From positions 324,957 to 388,956 of the forward strand of contig NMRA01000061.1 in NCBI GenBank assembly GCA_002633005.1: a stretch of DNA of 64,000 nucleotides, read 5' to 3'. Position numbers and translations under genes: made by a program. Below the pieces are notes generated by a model. The model was given only the letters and a program-made list of their open reading frames with translations, did no database searches and was not told the DNA's origin. Source of the stretch: Phoronis australis. Taxonomy: Eukaryota; Animalia; Phoronida. Below are positions 27,025 to 39,100 of this stretch, one piece after another; positions within the stretch are counted from its first letter, which is position 1, and each line of letters opens with the position of its first letter.

Positions 27025-28342
27025 CCCGCATGAAATTCCATCATTTCCACACCAACGTCTGTTTTCTGAACTGTTTTGGATGCGTCAGATACGTTTCCTT
27101 GACGCTTGTCATCCACTGCCGTGCTTGTAGGAATGTAATTCTTGCCAAAAATTACAATGCACGGAAATCTCTGCGAGACAGAGTCGACTTTCTCTGTCGT
27201 TTCAATCACTATTTGCCATAAACAGTGTACAAACCATGCTAAGTATGATATCATAACTGTCACAAAGTCCCCAATGGCTCTGTTAGCCATTGCTAGGTCC
27301 ATAACAAGATTTTGATAAGTGAATACGTCACGAATTGTTCCACGTCATCAATCATTCACGTCAAATGCCAAAACTATTCGAAGCGATTTCCAAGACGCTA
27401 ATCTCGCTAATGTGATCATAGACTATGTAGATAACAAATATCTATTGCGTGGCCATCTTTTTTGTTTAAAGTGCCAGGCGATATCTCGCGAAGTCTTGAG
27501 TGTTCTTGCACTTTCTTTCAGTGAAGTTTTCGCAACTACAGAACACAAGCTCGATACAGCCAGCGCACATCCAAGGTGCATAATTAGTATGAACGAGCAT
27601 TTTGTTGGATATTTTTTATTTAGCGTTTCAGAAAAGAAACAATTCGAGTTCCAAATTACCCGGTAGCACAATTTTTAGCTATTGTGAAGTTCCCGGATGT
27701 CGCGTGCAACCTAAGTCGCATAAAGCTTTCTTTATTAATTGATGCCATACTTTAATTTGAAGTTTTACAAACTATTTATTTCCTTGTATCCAAAGTCTCT
27801 GTGTAAAACTCTTTGTAAAATACATTTAACTTACGTTTTTAAATAAACTTGTATTGTATTTTATTCCACTATACATGAGCTTTTTCTGTTGTTATTTATG
27901 TTGTCCTCAAGTGTTATCTATTTAATTTATGGTTACTCGGTGGTCAGCTATTAGCGGCCCGTACCCTTGCTGGCTAATCAGTCATTAAACCATGTATGTC
28001 TTTATCTGATACAAAAAAACAATGTTTGTTTCTCTACAAAAAGAGCTGTATTTGAAATTAAGCCTTTAAGGTTGAAAGCTGTGTTGATTTTTCACAACTT
28101 GAAAGCCACAAACAAGGCGTGCCTTTCCCGAATTTGTTGATTTTGGTGTTTTAATTATTTTTATGCTGTGTGACACTGTGAATTTAGGATATTGGTACCT
28201 GGTCATTTTGACAAGTTCGGCACCTTATACAATCTGCGAATATTTACTTTTCTGCTTTTGTTTATGTAAGTACTAAGAAGGAATTTTAATCAATGTTACG
28301 TTTTTATTACTTCGTGTATATCCTTTCTTCAAAGTGATTTGG

Positions 28343-28542
28343 AAAGGGTTGCCATGACTATTATTTATAAACCTCAATTTTGCTCAACAAGTAAAGGGAT
28401 GCTATGACTATTATTTATAAACCTCAATTTTGCTCAACAAGTAAAGGGATGCTATGACTATTATTTATAAACCTCAATTTTGCTCAACAAGTAAAGGGTT
28501 GCTATGACTATTATTTATAAACCTCAATTTTGCTCAACAAGT
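28343..28542. repeat. Minisatellite, 50-bp unit x4
   Basis: atgactattatttataaacctcaattttgctcaacaagtaaagggatgct starts at 28354, 28404, 28454 and 28504. Confidence 0.95.
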
Positions 28543-30209
28543 GTGTTATGTTTGTAAAGACGTGTTTCTTTAAATAAAATATCTTAAAACTAACAACCTT
28601 GTGTCTTTCTTTTGTGATTGGCATTCGAATGTCACATCACTTCTACTTTTCACGTAAGCGGTAAATTTTAAATCCTTAAGTGTCCTGTCCATTAATGCTT
28701 TATCTGTTCATGCTGTACTTAATTTCGACATTAACTTTTACCTCCAGGTTAAAAGTTGACATCTTACTTAATGATTATGGGTGAAAATTTCGAAATTTTG
28801 CCAACATGGTATCTCAAAAACAGCTTATCAACCTTGTTCTCCAGACTACAGGGGATTGTTTTTAAATACGATTACCGTAAAAAATAAGGGTCTAATTAAT
28901 AATTTTTATGAAAATATCGGTTTTCATATTAAAAGCTGCATAAAACAAAAAGGACATTTTGGAAACTGATTTTGAGCTCTGTCCATGAATATTTATGTGA
29001 AATGAAATTTGGCCATGCTGATAATGCTTTGTCTTTCCTGCAACATTGTTTCTGTGCTAAGTTTTAGTAAAAGAAAACATGTTCATGTGAAGGCAGATTT
29101 GTGTTGAGTGGAAAATCAAATTCCATAATTTTTTCTTATTTTCAGAAAACGTGTACCTTTTGTGAGTAAAATTCTGGAATATGGAGAAATTTTGACTAAA
29201 AGCACCTGCTTCCTGGTGACTCGGAGGTTATTCACCTGAAATTATTACAATGCTCTGTCTACCCTTTATAGTTTAATAGCAACAGTTGTGAATGACCTAG
29301 CTCTTGACCTGAGAAAGTAGTGCCCTGAAAGTCAGATATCTTTTGTCATACACAGTGGATTAGATTCAGAATAACAGGGGGGCAATAAACTTGGGGCAAT
29401 AAAGTGTGCGCTAAACTGGCTGAATTTGCTGCGATATGCAGTGCCTCGCAACCCGATGGGCCCGTTGTGGCCGCCGGCGGGACTGGACACTGATCACGAA
29501 TATAACATCCAGTCACGAAAAGGCTTTGCTAGTTAGCCAAAGAAATAATGTTCACGTAGTTATTTTGGCGACTTATCCACGAAAATGCAAATCTACTTAC
29601 TTGTCGGGGGACTCGAAGTACAGCCCGTCTGGGCAAAAGTTGTACAGTAACTAGTATGACGTGAATAATGTATTTGTACAGTGTATATCTAAATAAAGAT
29701 TCCCCTAACATGCGATCATAACGTATAAAATCGAGTTATTGTTTCACAACTTCTGTCAACAAACACTGAATTAGCATGCGCTTACACGGCAACGGTGCCC
29801 GGTCAAATTGCATCTGAAGTAACGCTGTGGTTTATTCCATGCTGGCTTCTCAAAATATTTTCACTTACGAATACTCCAAAGGCATTACAAATTGTATCTA
29901 ATGAGACAGACTTTGTTTCAGTTTTATATAAGCATTGGTTAGGGTGAGAGTAATTCATTTTGAAACAGAACGCAGAATAATAAACGTCAACGACTCGCAA
30001 TCCCGTTGACGAGAGCTCATGCATCAGACGAAGACTTCGCAGATGGATCTTTAAGTTTCACTATCAGTTCGAACCGAAATACTAGAGAGGCGCCGTGAAC
30101 ATGCACAGGCAACGGATATTCTTTGGTAAGCCGGCATTCGTCAGACTCACTGTCGACGACTGCCGGCCACGGACACGGAGATGTTTCACAGGCCGCCTCA
30201 TACTTGCTA

Positions 30210-30350
30210 TAACGCAGGCCCCTACTTCAGTTTCATTCTTCATTACCGCGAGCCACTTCCTATGAATTTCGGACTCTCGAGGAAGTAGAAAAAACGATAT
30301 ACCGCTTTCTTCGCAGCTTCATAGTTCGGACAAGCGGCAACGATGCACTG
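30210..30350 (-). pseudogene. Frameshifted THAP zinc-finger relic (likely from a DNA transposon)
   Basis: CIVAACPNY / frameshift / ESGISFFLLPRESEIHRKWLAVMK matches the THAP pattern C-x4-C...F-x-x-P...R-x-W; the terminal CxxH was not found. Confidence 0.5.
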
Positions 30351-31469
30351 CAACAACCCAAAAATTTGAGACCCCCACATCCTTACGTTTTAGGCTGGGC
30401 GTGCGCGTGTGGCGAAATTCTGCCTTGTTCCTGTGCCCTGGCCCCCCTTACCCAAAATCCTGGATCCGCCCCTGGTGATCTATTTCCCTTTCCCCTGCAT
30501 GTCCCTTTACACAATATACTCATCTGCCTATAATATCTTTTTGCCTAAGCAGAAAGTGAAAAGAGCCACAACATTACGTTTTCACAACCAATGCAAATGC
30601 AACGCCTGGCCTATCTTTAAACCACCGTCGGGAATTGCCAACCAATGAGTTTTGCATAAAATTAAAGTAAAAGCAGATGACTTGTTTTTCTGTGGAAAGC
30701 ACAGTAAAAACTTTCTTCATGTTTTGCAGGGAATGTCATCTTGTATCTTGTTTTTGGCTCTCCTGTTCGCCAAATGGTTAAAACAATTTAAGACATGTAG
30801 AACTTCCTGTATACAAAGTAACTGTTTTGTTTGGAGTCTTGAAAAATACTCAGCTGGGAAATTGTGTTATTAACTTACGGACTGTACTGGCCAAAAATAT
30901 AATTCACAAAAATTTGTACAAAAAGTCATCAAGTTTCCGTTAAATTACATCCTGAAGTGTCATCTCTTGATTATTCAGGATAATCCATGCGGTTTTGCTG
31001 TATTGTTTTATCTCTCCTGTTTTGTACTTTTGTTTGCTGGAGGATAATGATCAGCAATATCTGACAACTTTTCACACTAAACACAATGGAGTGCGACTAA
31101 GGCTGTGTGATGGTTGCCCTGATTTTACGTTGCAGTTTCAACCCATAAATCGAGATCAGTTAATTGACCCATCATAAGATAGCGCTCATTGGTGTTCTGA
31201 TTTGATAGCTGATCGACTGCTACGGATGGTTTTTTGACTTTTTTGATGTGAAATTGGTGACTTTTTAAAGCACCTTAATGGGACTCCAAAAAAATTCATT
31301 TGAAATATGGCCACGAGTCAATCATGACAAGACTAGCTGCAATGCAACATGTTGAGTTTAAATCATGCACCCACAAAAAATTGAGAAATGTATTTTAATA
31401 ACTTAATAGATAAAACAGACAGTTAACATTTTTTAAAAATACAATCAATCATAGTTCCCATTAATGATA

Positions 31470-34400
31470 TCAAATGCCTTCATTGTATTTCTTCCACTGT
31501 AGGTACTGTTCAAATACATGGAGATATTTCTTTGCAAATGCTTCCTTGAGCTCAGCACTCTGTTTCAGTTTTGAGAGGAGAGGTGTATCCACTGAATCCA
31601 CTTCGACTAAGCTAAACCTTGGGAAATACCTGAAATGAAAACCATTTATTAAAATTACTTTCTTAACAGAAAAAGAACATATAGAAACTGTTGACAGAAG
31701 TTTTTCCGAGTTAATCCCCACAATAATGGTTGAATCAGACTTCCAGGCATTCTCAACATATCGTAAAATGTGGTCTATTCAATGTCAAGCCTGAAAAAAG
31801 TAGGTATGTTATGAACAACATGATGAGCACATACCCAGAATTAAGTATCGTGGGGAAATACTTTTCAGGTAAGAAAGTTATCATTTGTTATCTGGATTTA
31901 CAATGAGTTAGGCACTTTAATGGTGTCTTTATCTTCATTCATTTGGCCAACAACTTGTGATGGCTGACATAACCTGCAGGGACCATCATAACTCATGGTT
32001 CACCTCAGGTCAGCCAAAATCCTCCTGACGAGAACACAGCACCCACAGACTAAAGCTTAACTTCAGCACTTCTATTTTTATGAAAGGCCTACTCATCCAG
32101 TTGCCCGGTCAGCACATTACACAGTCGCAAAATCATTTAATCATGAAGTTGCAAAGTTTTGTGGTCAATATTAATTTGAATTTTTTACATATATGACGCA
32201 ACTCACTTAAAAATTCCAATACGCTACGACACCATTCACTTACTCAGGGTCATCATTTTTCAACCTCAATAAGTCTTCTTCAGTCAGTTTGTCAGTTATG
32301 CCTTCAACACTTGTTTGCCCAAACAACACAGCATGTAATATATCCAGCGTTTCCTTCTTTGGAAGACCTAAGGATGTACACAAATTGAGGAACGCGTAGA
32401 TGAGCAGTTCACCCAGCTTCTCATTGGTTGAGACGACACATTCTGAAATATGATTATTTTACCATAAGCAATATAGCACACCAGCTCATCCTTAATTAAC
32501 GACATATCGCATAAGGTTTCAGTACTAAACTAGGGTTCGTTTTCAAGCGATCGTAACACGTACGATTTATGTTCAACAGAAAGTTGAAAATGCTGACAAG
32601 CTAAGACACGACACCAAAAAAGTTGTGAATGGAATTACACTGAATACTGTCATTAAAATACACCTTAACAATATCGATGACTTTCTCAACAATAAGAAAT
32701 ACGAATAAAAAGAGAAAAGTAACATAATTATTACAGTAAATATAACATTTTCAGACATACCCACCAATTGAATAAATCTTCCTAAAGAGTAAGCACACCA
32801 AGCTAAATTTGCTTTCCTAACTGCAGTTTCTAAAATTTACATGCATGCAATGTACTTAAGTTCATTTATCTTGAAAAATGACCCCTCAAAATACGATGAC
32901 ACCTACCTTGTTTAAGTGTATGTACAGGACACGTCTTCCTAACGACATCCTCATCGGCCAAAGCAGTATTGATATCCATGTTACAGTTCCATGTTACGTG
33001 TCTCGTTTCCATGGGATACTCGTAATATTGTCCGATGACACTGTCACAGTTTAGAAGTTGTTTTAACTTCCCTACTTGAAAACCAGTAACAAAACTATAC
33101 ACTAAACACCGTGAAGATATGTGGTCCTTGATGTCGGCTACGACGAGCTCCACTTGAGATGGAAGAACACACAGAAACAAGATGTTGCAACTGGACGCAA
33201 CTTTTTGGTTGTCATAGTAACACTGCACTCCTTTGGTCTGCAGTTCACCTAAATGAGAAATAAAACGTTCGACTCATCATTTTAAATTTTAAAAATGTTT
33301 TAATAAGTTTTCACAGTAGTTGTATTAATGCTTAAGCAATGTTTATAGTTCACCACTGTGCTCTGCCTTCCATTCATTTGAATTCTAAAACTGACATTAC
33401 AAACATCAAGTCAATTCAATGGGTTAATGAGCAAAAATGCTTCTTCTGTCCTCTGAAATGACATTTTGAATTCTAACAAAAAAACAAAACAAAAATGTAA
33501 ACTACAAAGAGAGTCCATTCTAACTGATCATACCTAATGTTTCTGGCCTTCTCGTGGAGATTAGCAATTCATCTGGTAAAACTTCACCATAGGTTAACAT
33601 GCAGTTTGCCAGATGTCCTCCCAATCGGCCACAACCAATGATTCCCACTATCATATGATCTTTCCGAATACCTTCCTGCAAAAGCCGCATGGCTCGGCGT
33701 TGCTTTGGATTACAAGAAAGGTCTGCTTTGATTTGTCTGGAAATGTAACAACATAATTTAATTGTACTGGCACTTTGTAAAAAGTGACCACATTGCACCA
33801 GATACTGAGAAACCCATTAACCAACACAAGTAGTTGTGTAGCATCACAGGTGATAAGAATCCAGCCCCTTTACTAGTGACTTAAAGAGTATTTTGCAGAA
33901 AATCTTCTGACATACAGGCTGTATTAAGACGTACCGTCACTGGCTAGCTGTGTACATACATGTACTACAGCCACTCTCATGGACACCGCAGTATTGGGCT
34001 CCACACAACAGAACAGCTGGGCAAATATAGCGAGGGCCTTTCCCTACTACAACTAGAGGTGAGCTTTGGCCAGTGAGCTTCCAGCTACCAGAAAGGTCTT
34101 CTGAGAAGACTTCATGATCAGCTCACTATGGAAAACATCGCCCCCAATACCCTTCAGGTTATCCTCAGTGGGTGTACCTATAGGGAAAGGATTTGTGCCC
34201 AACATCTTCTGAGAACAAACTGGCAGTTAGGTAATTCGGGTAATTCAGGTACAGGCTCTCGAGGTCTGGGAACCTATCAAAGCTGGGAGCAGGTTAGACA
34301 GGCTCCCATCTATGCTTCTGCCTCTCAGCATGGCTGGCAGATGGACAACCTCCCCATATCCCTCTGTGCATTTCCACTTGACCTCGAACACATTGACACT

Positions 34401-34999
34401 TGACAGCACTGACAATTTGAATGAAGGACTATTCGAATGTTTGCGGGAGCATTTGATAGATTTGGAAGGATTTAAAGACTTCAATGGGCTCTATAGATAT
34501 CCATTAACACTAAAAAAAAATACAAATACGGTAACTTTTATAATTTGGCTAGGGTAAATTAGTGTTATTTGCCAGAAAATCTTTTTTAGTAGACAGGGTC
34601 GATTAGGATGAGCAGTCGCCTACGAGGAGGTGAAAAACACCCATTGAAAAATTTGACTGTAACCACTGCAATGCAACTAACAAATGCAAGTACAACTTTA
34701 GCCAATAGATTAGTTTTGAATTCTGTTTGAAATTCATGACTGTGTCTAAACTGGTAAACACTGCTAGTGAAACATGTGCAAGTAAGCGCTTAACTAAATT
34801 CTTACTTCGCCTCATTGCAAACAGAAACAAAATATGTAGCCTGCGCACAAGCTGAGACCGTTAGTGCGTGGGAGCGACTTCTTAAGTACATCAGTTGCAT
34901 TTCATCGTCGGTAAGTGCACTTTCAAATGTCAGGGAAGGCAAATTTGAGGTGATATCACCGGCCTCAGGAAGGTTTCTTCCAGCCAAAACAATCGCCAT
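31470..34999 (-). CDS. NOXRED1: NADP-dependent oxidoreductase domain-containing protein 1 (pyrroline-5-carboxylate reductase-like), ~365 aa
   Basis: Five phase-consistent GT-AG exons: 34999-34806, 33736-33534, 33248-32907, 32442-32244, 31629-31470. N-terminal DITSNLPSLTFESAL...YLRSRSHALTVSACA; Rossmann motif VGIIGCGRLG; ISTRRPETL; LFLCVLPSQ. Confidence 0.9.
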
Positions 35000-35092
35000 T
35001 TTTTGTTACCAATACACTAACGCATGCGCGCTGAAGATCGAAATACCCGGAAACGGAAGACGGGGACTGAGATAAACGTGAAACGTGAGGAG
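34994..35092. promoter_or_regulatory. Compact bidirectional promoter NOXRED1/SARS2, including the SARS2 non-coding first exon
   Basis: YY1-like CGCCATTTT over the NOXRED1 ATG, CCAAT at 35009, NRF1-like CGCATGCGCG at 35021, ETS-like CCGGAAA/CGGAAG at 35047-35059, and a plus-strand donor GAG|gtgagt at 35093 that would pair with the acceptor at 36101. Confidence 0.6.
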
Positions 35093-35667
35093 GTGAGTAA
35101 CGGCGAACTGAAAAATAAACAATAACTGCATAATTGATAATGTATCAGGAAATTCAAGCGTTTTGTAATCAGTACACATACTTTAATCCATCACGGGTAT
35201 TGAAATTTGAAGAATGTTGCTGATTTCTGTCAGCTAGCATGGTAGGTAAGGTAGGTTCCCTGTCGAGTTGTAGAATGCCTACCTCAGTACCTGCATCAAC
35301 AATAACCACAGCACCAGCTTGAAGCATCCGATCAGACTCAAGAGTAGACCCGGAGTGGCCACACAACCAAACAATAAACCACAACCGAGGCCACTCGGTC
35401 AGCATCGGAGAAGTCCGTAAATATTACCCACCATAGAGTGTTGTCCTCTGCAAAATTAGTGATTTGTTTGTGTACTGCAAAAGTGATTTGTAGTTTATTA
35501 CCTTATCACATCTCCTGTGCCTGGTGCCTGTGGCCATGTCACGTGCGATAGCATACCCCCATAAAAACTTGTTCATTTCAAATTACAGTCTGAACTGGGC
35601 CATTGTAACTGGCACATTCAGTGTTTTACACATTCCATCACTGAGGTGTGCTACTGTTTTATTTATT

Positions 35668-35860
35668 CATAGGCGGATTTAGGGTGGGGGCCCAGAGTGC
35701 AGTGGAACCGTGTTCCCGTTTTTTTTTTTTNGGGCACACCAGGGTCCACATTGCCAGCCCCTGCAACTTTTAGGCCGCCTTTGCATACAATCACACTTTG
35801 CCCAATTCTCTGAGGCAACATCTTGGGCCCCTCCCTTATGGTATCCTAGATCCGCCACTG
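35668..35860. mobile_element. hAT-like MITE with 5-bp TSD in the SARS2 5' UTR intron (contains an N join)
   Basis: ttatt|CATAGGCGGATTTAGG...CCTAGATCCGCCACTG|ttatt. Confidence 0.75.
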
Positions 35861-36114
35861 TTATTACACTGTCAAACACCCGTGACGTGGAAAGTTTTTA
35901 CTTATTTACTTTACTGAAGTGTGATTACAACTTACACATGAGGATATTACCAACACTGTGCCAGAGGGCCTCTTTGGTGAACCAACTATAATGCAAAACT
36001 CCTTTGTTTATGCAAAAGTCAAAACTTTCAGTCTTATATGGATTTTCATTTCAAATGTGGATCATTGGATTAACGTATACTGTATACTTTCTTTATTTCA
36101 GTTTGAAACTGAAC

Positions 36115-39100
36115 ATGAGAAAATCTCGTCTTGGTACAATACGGTCTGTAGCAAGGTTCCTGCAGGTCAGACATTTAACTGGAGGAACCAAACCAACAAC
36201 AGCCTCTCTTTATGAAACTAGAACACTGGCGCGGAAAAAGACGAAAGTAACTACGACAAGTAGCTCAGTTTTTCATGAACAAAGCTGCAAATATTGTTCA
36301 TTTCATCGTGGACTGTCAAAGGCTTCTGTGGAACAAGTGGTACAACCTACCTGGAAATCTAGGCAGGTCAATTGGCAAGAGTTTGAGCTTGGTGAAGCGG
36401 AGTTCGACTATGACTATTTGTGTGATCCACAGAACTCAAGTGTCATACAACAGAACGTGTTGAACAGAAAAGGAATTGGAAATATATACAAAGTGGTAAT
36501 TTTTTGCCCATTACCAGTACTGTTGTGGATATCTGTCCAACAATGTATCCTAATCCAGATGTCTGTGTAGTCTGTTGTCAGGTTTTCGTACAGTTTTTTC
36601 TTGCATTACAACTGGCATATCAATTATCTACCACTGTGAATCCATTCGTAGGTTAACAGGTCGTTCCAATCGAAATATTGTTATAGAAACCGAATCCAAT
36701 TACTTGATTTAAGCTAAGTGTTTCTTCGAGCAAGAACGGAATTGTCAATGGGGCTGGGGGGTGGATTTTCCCTCCGTCAAAACATTCCTTCCACTCAGAG
36801 GGCACAGGCACCTTTCCCTTCAGGTGAACGAGGGTCCTGCCCTATCTTGTGTGTATAACAGTATTGGTTTAATGTTTGAATTTGAGCACTTGCACTTGAA
36901 CATTAACAACGAATAACCTTTTGTCACAAATATTCTTAATCTGGATTCTAAATTGGAAGCATTGGAGAGTCTCTATGCTCTCATAATATACTACTCTTGC
37001 GTTATGTGTAACTTTTCCATTTTGTTCTAGCTTGGACTGTGGGAAGCACTGAAGAAAGAAACTGATGTACGTGTAATATTTGTGTAATATTCCTATGTAG
37101 TTAGAATTCTGTAGGACCTTATTGGCTTGTCTGAGTATTTAGCCAAATATCTAGCAATTAAATAAATAAATAAAGTATAGAGTTTTATTCAGCATAACTA
37201 TTATGTTTTCTGAAAATAGAAAGCCTGTAGCATTTGCTTTTTGACTTTGAATCTGCCATAAATTGGGAACATGCCTTTTTGGTAAACTTTAACAGAAAAG
37301 AAAGGTAGATTGGTAGTAAAAGCAATGGTGTCAATAAGATTACCAAATTCCATTTGATATAAATAAATTTCAAGATGAGGTTTCAAAAATGCTGTTTCAG
37401 TTTCTTAAATTATTATTTTGTTTTTATTTTGTGCAACGTTTGAGTTTTTTCGTGAATATCATAAAAGTCCGAGTATTGCGCTGCAAAACTTAGAGTGAAT
37501 TTTTGGCTTTTGTTCTGTTGTGCTGCTGTAAACCCTGTTGTGTTAAAAACATCAAGATTCTTCAAAGATGTATACAATGTAAGCTCTTCCAATGCAATTT
37601 CATTGTGTTCTGATCCTTTGATTTCAAAATGGTTGACCTATAGTATAAATAGCACAAATCTAAAGTTGTTTTTACAGAAACATGATTATTGCCCTTTAAA
37701 AATAACTGCCACATGGAATTTATAATTAAGATGTTTTAATATTGATTACCACATTCTGTACATCCTAAAAAAGATTGTATGTGAACCAGGCCATTTGCTT
37801 CAATATCTCTGATTATAGATGATGTCTACCAAGGCAGGAGTTTCAAATTAGAAAATTACCTTAATTTCACACTTGTAAGTAAGCCCTAAAAACTTACTAC
37901 TTTTGTCACTCCGGTCTCACATATTGCAATCTATTGCTGCCGCAGTCATGTTGAAATGAAAATCATAGGTTTATAATGGACTTTTATTGCAATAGAACAG
38001 ATATTATCAAACCGAGTTTCCTCACTGTAAGTGTTAGACTTACTGTAAGATATTGTTCTTGGGTGTTCTGGCTGTGTATTGTTATAGATTAAATGTTGAG
38101 ATCTTTGCTTTTTTTTCTAGCCTAAGCTGAAGTTGGAACTCAAAAGAGATCTGCTGCTGGAAGCCAAGGATCTCCCAAACAAAACTCATCCCGACTCTGT
38201 GAGTTCTGCTTTGCCAATTGACGCATGCTGGAACTTATTTTTACGACTTGAAAGAAATAATTTAGTATCACAATGATATTCGAGACAAAATTTTGAAAGT
38301 AGGCACTGTGTGAGAAAATTCCACAGTGGCCGAAATTGTAAATTGATGAGAACCATTGATTTTCCTGAGCATGCAAGTGTCTTTAGAAGCTAAGCTTGTA
38401 TGGTAACGACATAGGAACACGCAGTCAGATATACCCAGTCCTACAGCTGGTCATTTTTGATTACTTGTGGCTTGAGAGTTGTGGACGTCCCACCAAAACA
38501 TGTAGTGATTAAAACACTTAGTTGTTTTTATTGAAGCTTTACTGATAAACTACAAAACGCAAGTCCTTAACTTGACAGCTAACTCTGTTAACACCAAAAC
38601 TGGCCAATGGTATCCACCTAGGCGGCGGTCTTCTAAGTACACAATGACTTAGCCACCTTTCTAACTTTCATCTCAGTTGCCATTTATTCTCAGTCATGAG
38701 GGAAGACTACCATAAAGGGGGAATTTAGCTTCCGCAGAGCCGTCATGACGGGGAATTTGGCTTGCATTGTTCCGTACTTGTCTTAAATTTGAAAATTACT
38801 GGCTTTTTCATCAGCCGATTGGTGAAGAGTCAAATGCAAAATTACTGGAAATGATTGGTGAGAGAAGGAAATTCGACTTCACACCAGAAACAGTCGTCCA
38901 AATTGGAGAGAACTTGGACTGCTTGCGTACAAGGTTTGTGAAAAAACACCTATTAATGAGCATATTATATTGCACAAATGATATCACCATCCTTTGCCTT
39001 GAGTTGTGAGTTAAAATCTAATCTGTGTAAATTGCGTGGTATGTAAGTTTAATAGTGTCTGCTGCACGGGCATTGCTTAAGATGGAACTGTAACAGCATT

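Noticed and set aside
28343-28542. CRISPR-like array
   Set aside because: The units are contiguous with no unique spacers, the context is eukaryotic, and there are no cas genes.
34050-34484. GC-richer intronic patch with short ORFs (VKWKCTEG...) as a transposase relic or nested gene
   Set aside because: Only a few residues of resemblance; no continuous frame or TIRs found.
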